Part shown: positions 11,106 through 23,500 of the stretch, in pieces
Position numbering within the stretch: position 1 is the stretch's first letter
Layout: every line of letters starts with the position of its first letter
DNA from: Hyphochytrium catenoides
Taxonomy: Eukaryota; Protista; Hyphochytriomycota
Assembly (NCBI GenBank): GCA_900088475.1
Contig: FLMG01004655.1
Location: forward strand, 5,424 to 69,423
Reading direction: 5' to 3'
Length of the DNA: 64,000 bases
The notes under the pieces: model-generated
What the model was told of the DNA's origin: nothing
Database searches by the model: none
Seen by the model: only the letters and a program-made list of their open reading frames with translations
Program-made: the position numbers and the translations under genes

Positions 11106-14100
11106 TCAGGGCAAGCAGGCATGAGGAGGTGGTGGCATGTCAAGACGTCCTGCCGGGTAGCCATAAGAAGGGAAAGCGAAGTGCGCTCGTCTGCCAGTGG
11201 CACCATTTCGAACATGAGTGGAATTGCTTGTGCTAGCTTGCCTTAGTATTGCGCTTCCACCGGCGAAAGTAGTGTTCCCTCTAGGTGGCAATGGAAGGAG
11301 AGAAATGGGTGGTTAGAGAGATGGCCGCTATTCAAAGTGGGCACTGTCCCAGCAGCCCACTCATAAGGTTCTTCCAATACCTGAGTGTTGCGCCACTTAT
11401 ATAGGATGGATGAGACAGCCCATAGGGCCTCATACGGATTCTTATATGAATGCAGTCTCTCAAAGACTTGAGGACCAAACTCTGACAGAGTAGAGACAGC
11501 CCATTGATGCACCGGTCTTCCCGAGGGGGAAGAAGGCTCAGCCCCCGCTTGCTTGGAAAGCGGGCTGCCCCGTTTTCTGTCTGATGAGGCTAAACCAGGC
11601 TTGGCGCGATTGTACTTCTTTCTGAAGATACGAGCGCTAACCTTGGCTTGGTGGGGAAGCCTTCACAAGAATGACCCATTACTCTTGACTGGACTATGCT
11701 TCTTTGGCACCACATTAAAGATTCATAAGCTTACCAATAAATGACAAAGCAGCCATTTAACAGTCCGAGTAGACAGAGCGCGATGAACTGACTTACGTTC
11801 CCAATGGAGAAGAACAGGATTGAGAGAATAACCTAGATTCCAAGTGATCATCAGCGGATGAGCAGGTCCTAAACAACGGCATATCCCTACCTCGTAAGCT
11901 AGTAGTGTCAGCGTCACAATGTGTAGCGCTGTCTCTACAATGGTCCCGCGCCCAGCAGTGTATGGCTTGATATAGAGGAAGTTGTATTTATCGGTATAAT
12001 ACTTCAGACAGAAATATATTGCACCGAATGGCGTGATGACAGGCGTGAGACAAGATCCCGCGAGCACTAGAGCGAAAATGCTGCCACCAAAGTCAGGACA
12101 TGACGCAAGATGTGCAGCCTAACATGGTGAGGGCCACTGACCATAGCGCATTGGCATAATCCCAGCCATAGAAATGTGGCCAGGGCTCTGCTGCCTCTTC
12201 TTTCTCTTTCTTAGTGATTGCCCGGGCTTCTAGCCTAGAGGGTGAACAAAGAATGGTCAAATATAATCGCGAGGATGCACTGGAGAGTACATTCCATACC
12301 ATGGCTGCCAAATGAGTCTTTGTCCTAGTCTTGTAAGACTGATAGCATTTCCCAAAAAGGCGCTGCAAAGAGGAGATGTAAGGACCCTAATTGACTCAAA
12401 GCATCAAGGAACACATGGTTTGAACATAAAAGTATCGTTTTTAGTCTTCCTGTGAGCCAAGAGCTCGTCGAGAGCAAGAGAAAGTGAAAGTGACCCATAC
12501 TAGCCTTTGACAGACAAAGGTAACGAAGTAAGAGCCTGCAAAGCTCGCCAGGAAGTTGGCTACGTAGGTGCCGTGCATCTTGTCATAAATATTTTTATCC
12601 AACAGAAGGACCACACTAGAGGCGCCAATGCTGTATAGAATGAAAGTGCTCTGCGTTGCAGTACGCCCGTTAGATGGTTGGAGCCTTTTTTTGAGCTGAT
12701 AGGCAGAAACAAGCCTCACACAAAGGATGGACGAACTGACCAGAAACTGATACGTGAAGCCGTGCTTCATGATGCTAACCATCTTCCTTGATTCGGTTTG
12801 ATGAGGCTGGGCCCGGCCAATGTAGTAGATCATCAGCATGATCAAATAGTTGGTCAAGACCTGTTTCAGAACGGTCCATCAGTACTGCATGAGCACCTAG
12901 CGACGCTGTGTCGTACATAGATGGGATAGCACTAAACATGCTAACACTCGGGAGAACCAGAACGAGCACCACATGGTCAAAAAGCGAGAGAGGAGTAGGT
13001 ACACGCATAACTTACATTCAAAAGTGATGGGGCGTACTGGATAAAAAAAGACGCGACATAGGTATTCTGTCGCTTGACATAATCAAATATCGGCCCGTTT
13101 TTCGACAGACCAATATATACAAGCATGGCGCCCGGTGTAGATAGAACCAGCATCACCAGCAGATTTATAAGATTCAGCACCAAGAACTTGACTGTCCGGC
13201 GTGTGGAGAAATCATCCAACGTCTAGAAGAGAAGGGAATCAAGAGTCAAGCTCATCCCCTACTAAGGTCCATGCTATACTTCCTCTCTCCGTGGTGCTAT
13301 ACTATTTAGCATTTCGAGGCTCACCATATTCTTCCAGTCAATGTCCTCAGGTTCTGGAGCAGGCAAAGCCATCATGATTGTGAGGTCTACCTCCTTGCGT
13401 TGAGCAAGTTCGCGTAGCAGCTGCAGCATATCATCCCGAAGGTCATAGGAAACTACCTCGGTGGAAAGACATCACACCACAGTCAGTATAGCTAAAGTAT
13501 GCTGAAGAATACGTTAATAAGAGGCATAGTATAAGAACTGATGCCGCATAGTGGCAGCAACTCAGAGATGAGGGGAGAGGATATAGGCCACAACCTACCA
13601 GGATCAACAACCTCCATCTCAGGTACCGCCTCGACTGGCCTATTTCCAGTGGCCTTCTCCAAATCCCGCTCCTGGCCTTTGAGCATGTCAAACTTTGTTC
13701 TGAGCTTCGTCAAGGCCTTCTGAGTTTGCAGACGGGAGTCCTCGTCGTCTTCATAACTTGTCTCCCCGCAGCACTTGAAGAGGGGTCTGAGACAGGCCTC
13801 GGCGCGGAGAAAAGCACGGTCGAGACACTTGAACTTGGGCAGATTACGTAGGAAAACGGCTTGGGTTTCCGGCTGTCAGTAGCATATGATTAGGCGGTCC
13901 ACTACATGGTAGGATGGATGGACAAGACTAAGCGCAGCAATAGGACCTCCTGAAGGGAAATACAATGATATACCAAAACTGAAGGTTTTACGAAGTCACT
14001 TCCAATCGGCGCAGGGGTCATAAGGTTTTACTCACATTTTTGAACACGACAAAGGCTCGTCCTGAACTATGTCTCTCTCGAAGAAGAGCGTTTCCTACCT

Positions 14101-16427
14101 ACAAGATTATTGAATCATCTCACAACGGGTATCACTGGTAGCGATCAACGTTTACATACCTCCTGCAGCTCAGCAATTTCTTCCTTTAGGCGGACGATTC
14201 TCTGCCTCCTTCGCAATGCATACCGACTTATGAAGTCATCCTCCTCTTGGTCGGCGGCATTAGTAGAGATGTTGATACCAGATATCTGGGAGGTCTCGGT
14301 TATGACCTCACCCTGCTGTCTCGCTCCTTCTCGTGAGGTAGGGCTATCGTGCACCTCCGGTCGCTTTTTGAAGGTGGTGATAGTCTCAGGAAGGCGATAT
14401 GCAAGTCGGTCTAGAATTGAGTTTCGTCTTACGGCGCAAGGGAAACATGATAGGTAGCTCTGATAAGTCTCTAATGGATGAGGGCAACAAGAGTTCCCAG
14501 GAAACCAGCGGGAGCAAAAGGGAACTCTTCCTGTCGCATGGCAGTCACACTTGAGTTACTACTTCGATTAAGGTGGTGGGAGACGTAACAGAACACGGAG
14601 AAGTAAGATCCACATAAGAGAGAGCCAGAGAATGTGCACGATAAATCAAGATAGAACATAACTTACCCTCAGTCTCAAGCTGAATCAGTGCTTCAAGGCG
14701 GCCTAACTCTCGCTCCTTCCTCATTCTCAGGTCAACAATTTTGTAGAATTCTTGAAGATCATGGACTATCACGACCTCTTCAATACACTGCACAGGTGTG
14801 AAAGACCACGGGAGCTCACATGAGATAACCACAGCGACGCGAGAGACCTTGGTGTTTCTAACTCTGACCAAACATGTAGGCCCAACGTACCCCTGGGAAA
14901 AGGCTGTCCATAACCTCGAACAGCTGCGCGTCTGTCATACTGCGCGGAAAGCCACCTCTGAGAAAAACGGTTCGCTGGCCCAAAAGAGCAGGCGAACCAG
15001 CTTGCATGGAATGGAGGGTGGTGAATTGTCTAAGATAGAATGACCTGTTAGTCTTGTGCACTATCCGCTACCCGCCCCTGGCAATGGTGTGCCATTTTGA
15101 CTAATGTCGCTGTTCACCATAATCCCCTTCAACGAAAGCACCTTTCCTTTCCTCAGCTGTATCTATAGGTCTGTTCATTCCATCCCATACGGTAGGGTAC
15201 CTGTGCACGAATCTCATGACCAGGAATGCTGTTACGTAAATAAATAGCACATGTATCCACAGTATATCACTGTCCTTGGGCACATTCACGATTGTTGTTC
15301 GTCGGAATGGATCAGCAAACTCGGTGCCGTAGTAGGTGTAGTTCTAAAAGGGGAGATCGCAGCGTAAGCAGAAATGAAAAATCAGCCAGGAGATGGAGCC
15401 AGAGAGCTAGTGCAAGGATACTTCTAAGGCTCCTCGAAAGGGCAGCTGGGCTATCCTAGTTCCTACCAGTGGCAAGATAATCCCCACGGAGAGGATACTA
15501 AGGGCGGCGAATAGCAGAGCGGCATCTCGATGGAACCGAAGTTCCATCGCGGCGTCGACGCCGCATAGACCCTGAACAAATTTGTCATCCGGCTCCAACT
15601 TTAGGAAGCGCCGAACCCTTTCATACAGCCTGCGATCCCAGATTGCAGGATCTCTATTGACTAGCGACTCATCCTTGATCCGAAAATGTAGCCGCTCAAA
15701 CAGATTCTCCTTGTGCTCACTGTAAAACGGCAGCTTGAACTTCACAGCTCTTCTGATAACGAACCAGGCAAGACAGAGGACGAAGATCGCAACATTGATG
15801 CCCACACCAAACAGAAGGCCCTCAAAGCCCATCTCGGCGTCGTAGTCTACAATGACAAAGGCTCCAGAGGGTTTCACCTCATACTTGAAAAGAACTATAG
15901 AGAGAGTTAGATAGCTTCTTCTCGAGAACATTCTGCGACAGTAAGAGACCCACCTTCTGGCGGCGCCTCATAGCGAATGGGATAAATGCCCTCTTTGGAG
16001 GCCATTAGAATGAAGGACTGGGATACTTCTCCTGCCACAATCTTGATGGGGTTGGGAAAAATAAGCAAACTTTCTTCTTCCGAAAGGACCTTCACGACAC
16101 GACCCGAGAGAATCGTAAGAGCCTGACAGACTTTCATGTGTGGAATGGACTTACCGTGATGTTAAGAGTAATATCTCTAGGTGATGGTGGCCAAACAGTA
16201 AGGTTCATGACGGCGGACCGATTGGCTCGTGTCACGGGGTAAACTGATGGCATGCTAATCAGCCCTAGAGTTGATCTATTCGCCAGAAGCGAGCGGGTGA
16301 CCCCGTGCCCAAGACTAAGATCTGTCAGGCTCCCGCGAAGTCCCACACGTAACATAAATACCACCATGGCGCTCAAGAGTAATAGAACGTCTAGTCTTCG
16401 TAGCTGAACAGCCACCCAAGTCCTCAT
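11106..16427 (-). CDS. OSCA/TMEM63 (CSC1-like) mechanosensitive cation channel with N-terminal extension (multi-exon)
   Basis: TM0 GLLFGVGINVAIFVLCLAWFVIRR, CGVDAAMELRF, IILPL, RTTIVNVPKDSDILWIHV, RTVFLRG, SGRAFVVF, APEPEDIDWKN, PVITPFGAIYFCLKYYTDKYNFLY. All are OSCA/TMEM63 hallmarks. Confidence 0.88.
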
Positions 16428-17522
16428 CGTGCAACTCCACAAGGTTTAAGACAGGAGGAAATACCTGCGTGGCGCCTGCCACAAATTTTTTCGCTAAGCG
16501 GTTGTCAGCTCATCCTCGTCTCCCTCGCAACCTGCTGATGCGTCTTACTAAACCATCTGGCACATGTCTTCCAATTGCCAAGTAAAGGCCAACTCTATTC
16601 TGCCTCCTGCCTGTTCTCCTTGGTGCTCTCGTGCGCCGCCCCTAACAGACGACAGACACAAAGGAACGATATCGTTATCATGGCATCATCGCTCTCAAGC
16701 TTCTCTCTCGTCTCTCGCGCATAACCCAGAGTGAATGCATAGTAGAATTCTACTTAGTTAATAACATAGTCCTGATGAGGCCGTTCCTGTGTTCCAGGTG
16801 GAATACCTTCCGCTAACGCCTATCTAGCGGGAGAAGTGCCGTTTTGGTGTTTTCACGCTGCCTCCAGAGTCCAGGAGGCAAGCAAGCAGGCCGCGACTTG
16901 TGAAGGAAGTACGAAGCAGTAGCTGATCAGGCATCACAGCTTACAGCGCTCTCAAAAGAACTATCTAGGTGATTATTATTATACACCTTGGAACTCTCTG
17001 TTGACGGCCAACAACTAAAGGTAAAGTAGGTGATAAACGTTAGGATGCGAATCTAATGCATGGGTTTCGATAGAGCTTCCTTCAGTGCTCTCTTCTTCAC
17101 ACAGCAGGAGCTCTCAGGGAAGAGTGAGTTCTGCTTTCGCAGCGGCGCGCTGTTTGCCGCTAAGTTCTGGATAAGTCAACGAGCAGTCGGCTTTTTCCGT
17201 TCCATCCGCCTCTCGACAGCTCGAAGAGCCTTACAAGACAGTCAATACCTCCAGAAAGTGCTATGAAGATGAAAAGAGGGTGATCAAGAGACGCCATTGC
17301 AAGAGAGAAATGAACTAGCAGGTAACCGCCCTGATCAATAGGATGGAAAGGTTAGGTGGAGCTCCTTTGCGACAAGCTACACGAGCAGGATAGCACGCAG
17401 ATCTCCCCCGACTTCAGCCCTATTGAAAATGGGAGGTCTAAAGCCAAGAGCTGAGGCGATGCCGTGATGATAAAGCGTAAGTCTTTCGTTTATTCGTTCC
17501 TTGCGACTTTTAGGCGTCCTAG

Positions 17523-20500
17523 TTAAGCATCTGCCCAGCCTTCGGCGTTATGCAGTCTCACGTCTGCATCCATATTCGGAGAGTTCTTGATAGCAAAAAC
17601 AAGCTTCTCTTTTAGAACTTCCTTGTTGGAGTAGGCTGGCAGGCTGAGAGAGAAGAAGCAGGTCTAGAAGAAAAAGGTGGTCAGGGGAAGTCATTCCTGC
17701 TAGATTGACCGTAACTCACCTGGGCATGGGGGAGGTACTTGTCAGGATGCTCTCGAGCACCTTGCTCATGTGCAGCTTGAATCTTGAAGTTCATGGGAAA
17801 GTCCTTCGCAGAATTGGGCATGCGACTCCGCGCCCAGACAAAGCGCAAGAAGAGAGTTCGCTCCTCTGAGGTCATATCCCTAAGCACCTGCCAGAAGTTT
17901 TTCACGTGCTTGGCTTGTGGATCCACTTCCTCATATTCTGTGCATTGTTCCAAGAGGTCCACGTCCACCTCTCGCCTACCGCATAGCAAGTCTTCCAGCT
18001 CCCTGTCAGTGAATAGGGGAAAGAGCTCCAGAGGAAGCACTGCCGCAAGACCTAGGTCGAGTCATGAAGTTTAATAAAAGAGAGGGCGCTCAACCTTCCG
18101 CAAGACCAGGATTACCTTCCGAGAGGGCCATCAGCTGTGACGCGCTTTCCTTTAATCGCTTTAGCTCAGAGAGTCTAGTGAACTCCAACAGGTTGACTCG
18201 GGATACTGGCATTGTATCTCCCTTTGGCACTAGAGCTACTTCTCTGCCATCGCTTAGTGTAGTTGTCATAAAGTGTTCCAGCGCAGGCTGAATTGGCTCG
18301 CCCATTCTAAGCATGCGCTCCAAGCGCTCCCAACTGTTTACAGCTACGACGTCAATCGCCTGATTGAGACAATTAGTAAAGCCTGATTAGTTATTGGAAA
18401 GTTCACACAGAACCCACCCGCAAATCTTCTCGATCAACAGAGAGGCCTGCCAAGGCTTTCCAAACAATTGAGGGCAGATCCAGCCCCATCTGAAGCCCGT
18501 GTCGCACGGCGGTGCCCATTAGCTTGCCTAGAAACCTATGCAACTCAAGAGCAACCGCGCCATTCACGGCTGTTGAGGTACCGCAGGACGGGTTCAAAAT
18601 GAATTTATCCTGATTTTGACCCACAGCGCCTCTCCGGTTTGGGCAAGGAATCAGGAGCGGGAGGAGAGTCTGCTCGCCTTTACCTAGCTCCACACTATCA
18701 AGCTGCAGCTCATCCACAACCTGTCGAAGATGTTACTAGCTGCGCCACACCTAGTTTTCTGGAAACTGACAGAAGCCTACCTGCTCAAAAACTGCTCGAT
18801 ATGGACCACCGTAGTCGTTGACCCCTTCTCCTAAGAACTTAACTTTGAAGGCACGCTTCTGTCCTCCATGCCCTTTCCCACAATATGCACGACGAAAGAA
18901 ACTATCGTTCCACGATCTCATCTCCCTATAAAGTTGGCCAAAGACAGAACGGCGGAGTCTGTCGCTTGCCTATTCATCATGTCAGTGACCTCTATACGCC
19001 ACTCCTCTAAGATAGAACTAGGGAAACGAAGCCACAGATAGGTACGTGGCGCAAATGCGGTTAGAGAGCACAACACCAACCTGAGGCAGGGTCGCCAGCT
19101 TGGAAGCTTGGGCTTGGATTCTATTTATGCGGATCACACGAATTTCGCGCGGGTCTTCGTATTCATCAGACGGTAACGGTGTATTCGTTGTTGTTGCCCG
19201 CAAAAACCTACGCAAGAAGTCAGTAAGCAAGTGACGTCGACCAGATTATTGAAGCAACCCCTACCAGTCCCAGAAGGAGCGCTTGGTGCTTGTAAAGACC
19301 AGAGTGCGCAGTGATCGCAAGCGTCGGCCAGCACTAACCCGACGCCATGTCCAGCTGACTGTGTCTGTGAGTTGGTGGCAGTGGTCAATGAAGTACAGGA
19401 ACAGATAACGGACTCAAGAGGGAGGCTCTGGCAATCAAATGGCAGTATAGGGCTTACCTTCTTTCGCGGGCTTTATGAGTCCAACAAGGCTGTCGGGAAT
19501 CTCCACCTTGATGTAAGGGAGAACACGTGCTAACTTGCTGTTGAAAGCCCGCAGAACGGCACAACGAGACCTTAGCTGGTAGCCCTTCATATCCCGCAAC
19601 AGCCGCATCTCCCCAAAATAGTCATGTACACTATACACAGGTGGGCAAACAACCATGAGCCAGGTCAGTCTAACCATGCTCAACCACCACACTGACCTAA
19701 CAGCTGGGGATGTAGCAGCTTCTTCGGAGGACACGACATGGCTAAATCGCAAGTTGGGAGCATCCACTCCCTTAGCTGCACTGAGAGTGTTCAGGCATTG
19801 GACGAGCTGTGAGTCTGCCTCAACTGTCCAGCAGCTCTCAGTTACCGCAGCCACAAACTTCTCAAAGGACAAAGCGAGTTCCCTCTCGACTTCACTTTCA
19901 ACCAGAACTTGGCTGGATTCTGAATAGCAATAGTGGCGTTAGCATTGTCGTCCCTTTCCTCATGTATTCATTCCAAGTCAGACTTCCACTATAGGAGCGT
20001 AATCTCCAACATCGGTAGATCGACTATCGCATAAACCTAAGTTATAGTCCCATGCTCCATAGCTTGCCTCTTTCTCTTTTACACAATGTGCCCAGTGATC
20101 TACCTCTTTAATCAAAACAAACTCTGCCCTTACCTGCCATATCTTCTACGTCTGCCATTGGTTGATCGTCGTCAGCTACATTGGACGTAGCTTTATTCAT
20201 ATCTTTGCCATTTCTTTTCAGCAGTTGTACTTCGATCAACTCGTGAGGTGTCCAGTACCAAGCCCACAATCGGCCCTCTTCCGCACCCTCATGACCCTGC
20301 GTCTCTGTCCGATACCAAAGATGGTCTGCATAAACACCCAAGACTACAGCCTCCTCAGGTTGATCCAGCTCTCGGCCTCCGCTAGTGCTAACTTTTACCC
20401 GATCCCCTGCGTACAGGGGAAGGACAAGCCCTGCATTCCTAGCAATGTCATCGCATGATGCCTTGGAGGTGTCAAAGTCAACAACAAGCCCTCGCGGCCT

Positions 20501-23500
20501 GATGGGGTAACGATGCCACCTCTCTTCCTTCCATCTTTTATAGTTCTCCCAGGCGTCTCGCAGAAAATGTCGCGGCAGATCTGGCTTTTTGATACCGATC
20601 CTTGGTCCCAAGACCTCAAAAGAAGCATCTGATTCGCCGCAGGTCCAAAAGTAGAGTAGGGCATCTACTTCGCTAAGATCGCTAAGGATCCTGCGGGAGG
20701 GGACTCCAGGTGAAGAGACGAACTTATTGTTAAGAGATATCTTGTCTCCCGCCTTCCGCAGACCAATGGCGGGATAGAGCGTCCTATACAGGCCGCGGTC
20801 CCCGTGAAGGTTGTCAAACGCTACCCCAAGATCAGAGACAATGTGCTCACCGTACTTTATACCTATGTGAGACAGATAAAGAGGAGGCATCTCAGTTCTA
20901 CACTACGGGGAAAGATTGATAACAGTGGTGAGATTGAAAGGTCGATGAAGTGCGAATCAACCAGACTCTCAATCAGAAAGCATTGACTGATAGAGACTAG
21001 AAAGCGAACAGACTGAAGTGACTATGTACATACCATCCATGAAAAATGCTAGCTTTCCTCGCTCCATATCCAATCTGACCCCAATAGTGTCGCCGGCATT
21101 GAAATGATCTCCGTAGATTCGCTCCGTTGAATTGTGATAGGTTGCTCTAAAGTTCACAAAACCCCATCCATGCCACCGATTGAGACGGTTGGACAAAGCC
21201 GCATGAGTTCCTGGCGGCCCTGGCTTCTCACAGACCCCAATGAAGACACTCCCAAACTCTGCCTGCTCCACCTTTACTTCCCAGTAATGCACACCACGAG
21301 AGAAGCCTACTGTGCCTAAGACCATTGATCGGGTATCTCCGCTTACGCATGTCGCAGTGCTACCATCTTCGGTCACTGATATGCTGCTTGCGCAGCAGTC
21401 CCTGTCCAAAGCAAAAAGCTTGTTCTTTTCAATGAAAATAGTCCCTGTTTCACAAGCTCGTTAGTCTGCCGCGGCTTCTGGTCCAGTGTGGAGTAAGACT
21501 TCAGACTCATGTGACGATAGCAGTACAAGCGCCGAACGACAAAAATGAGATCTCCAACGAGTTGTAGTTGAACCTAATCGCTAAGAGACCATAGAGACAT
21601 AAAGCGGACTAAAAGACAAGTCAATAAAAACGAAAAGATTAGCATCCTCGCGCGCATTCTAGAACTTGCATTACCGTGGACTTCCCGTAATCTCCCTTTA
21701 TGGAGCACGTTATGTCTAAAATCGCCTTTCATAAGGTCGAGCTTGCCATCCACAGATGAGAATCTGTAGGCGGTGCCAGGTTGCCAATTCTCAGAGCCAA
21801 ATCTTGCTGTCCAACCCATATCTGCATCTCCCTGTACTAACTGCAGCTCTCTGAACCAGAATGAGCCATGGACTCGATCTCTCTTTCCCACAATAGAGGC
21901 GACAGCTCCATAGTCTGGCCACTCGATGACTCCGCGGATGGTTTCTGACCCTTCCTCATCTGGTAATGCTTGGGATATCCTGATGATGATTCCCAGGTGA
22001 AGTTCGATACCGAAACCACCATGATCCTTTACTGTGGCTTTGGGGGTGGGGTATCGATAGGTGACAACCCCATTCTCGACCTCTACATGGGTGAGGTCGT
22101 AATATCCATCCGCGCCCCATCGATAGGTATATAGGGAGTCATTCGGCCACCGAACGCTGAGTCCCTCGCCTTCAACACCGCTCCAAGGACTAACGCTCTC
22201 CACAACGCCTACATTCCCTTCCCCTCCGTCTTGCTCTTTCCACTTCCAGTCGGGCCCTCGAACGACTTTCCTGCCTGGGACGACAGGAGGCACAGCAGGG
22301 TGCCGCTCAGAACCATCCTTCTCGTTTTGAACTACATGTTGTACGACTCTTCCGCTCCACAGCTCTGAGCCAGTATCTGAGAGGACACCACACTCTGGTC
22401 CGTAATACCATTGAGTGTCGGAATTGTCTTTGATGCCAAGGCGGGCTGCGGCGACCTGCGTGAAAGAGTAACTAAAATGACTATGTCTGTGCACCTTACA
22501 CCATCAGGTCCACCCTTTACCTTGCTACTATCCTCCGAAGCAAGATCACCTGTATCAATCACGAGAACTTCGGCTTGGTCCCCAACAAGCTCATCGTCGT
22601 CTACATAGTTGGGATTCGAAGAATGGCCCCCATCTTATACCATAAAGGATTCGAGTGTTACAGACTTTACCAAAATATTGTGTGTGGGTACGATAATTAC
22701 CTCTTTCAGCCCCTCCGCTGCGCAAATCAAGCTTGCTGTCTGCGTTGTCATTTGAGTCGCGATTTCCAATGGAGAAAACGATAGATGATCCCTTTGAAGG
22801 ATTTCCCATGTCCAGCTGCATCGCTTGGACAGTAATATCGCCGTAATCCTCCTCCTCCTCTTCCTCGTCCTCATCTTCCTCAAGATCTTGAACTTCATCA
22901 TTGCCTAACCCATCGCCTATCAACACTTTAGGGACCGTCCATACCTGAAATCCAGTACGTTCAGTAGCAAACTTACCATCACCCTCAGTGGAAATTACTC
23001 TCTCCTCTCTTTCGGTGGAGTCTGTTACTGGAGCTAAACCACTAGGAACTTGCTCTGCTCTCTGGACAACCTCTTCAGCCACAATTCTGCTATTGTGATC
23101 CGATGAAGAGCCTCCACGGACAAGGTCGCTAGGCGTCACTGGGCTTTCTACAGCTTCATCACTCTTTGCTGGTGCCAATCGACTCTTCCTTTCCTCAGCC
23201 TCAGCCTTCTCAATTTTATACCTTTTCCAATCCTCAGTATAAATCTCCCGGATGTAGTCCTCAGCAGCAGCTGCTGCTGTCATCATAGATAATCTCCGCT
23301 TACTCTGATCGTCATACTCAAGGCTAATGAAGGAGGCAGCGAGGCGAAGCACTGAAACAAACTCCAGCAAGCTCTGCAAATATCTTGATGATATAGGAAT
23401 GCCCTTCCGCTCCTTATCTATGCGGTCAGCAGCCATCGAGCATAGCCTTGATATCGGCAACATGGTGAGGTATTCCTTCAAGACTGCAGGAGGAGTCTGC

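Noticed and set aside
16741-16754. 14-bp perfect palindrome AGTAGAATTCTACT upstream of the OSCA gene
   Set aside because: Single occurrence with no supporting context, so no function can be assigned.
16772-16810. CTGATGAGGCCG, resembling the hammerhead ribozyme core
   Set aside because: No complementary stem II closing into GAAA and no recognisable stems I/III or cleavage triplet; probably chance.
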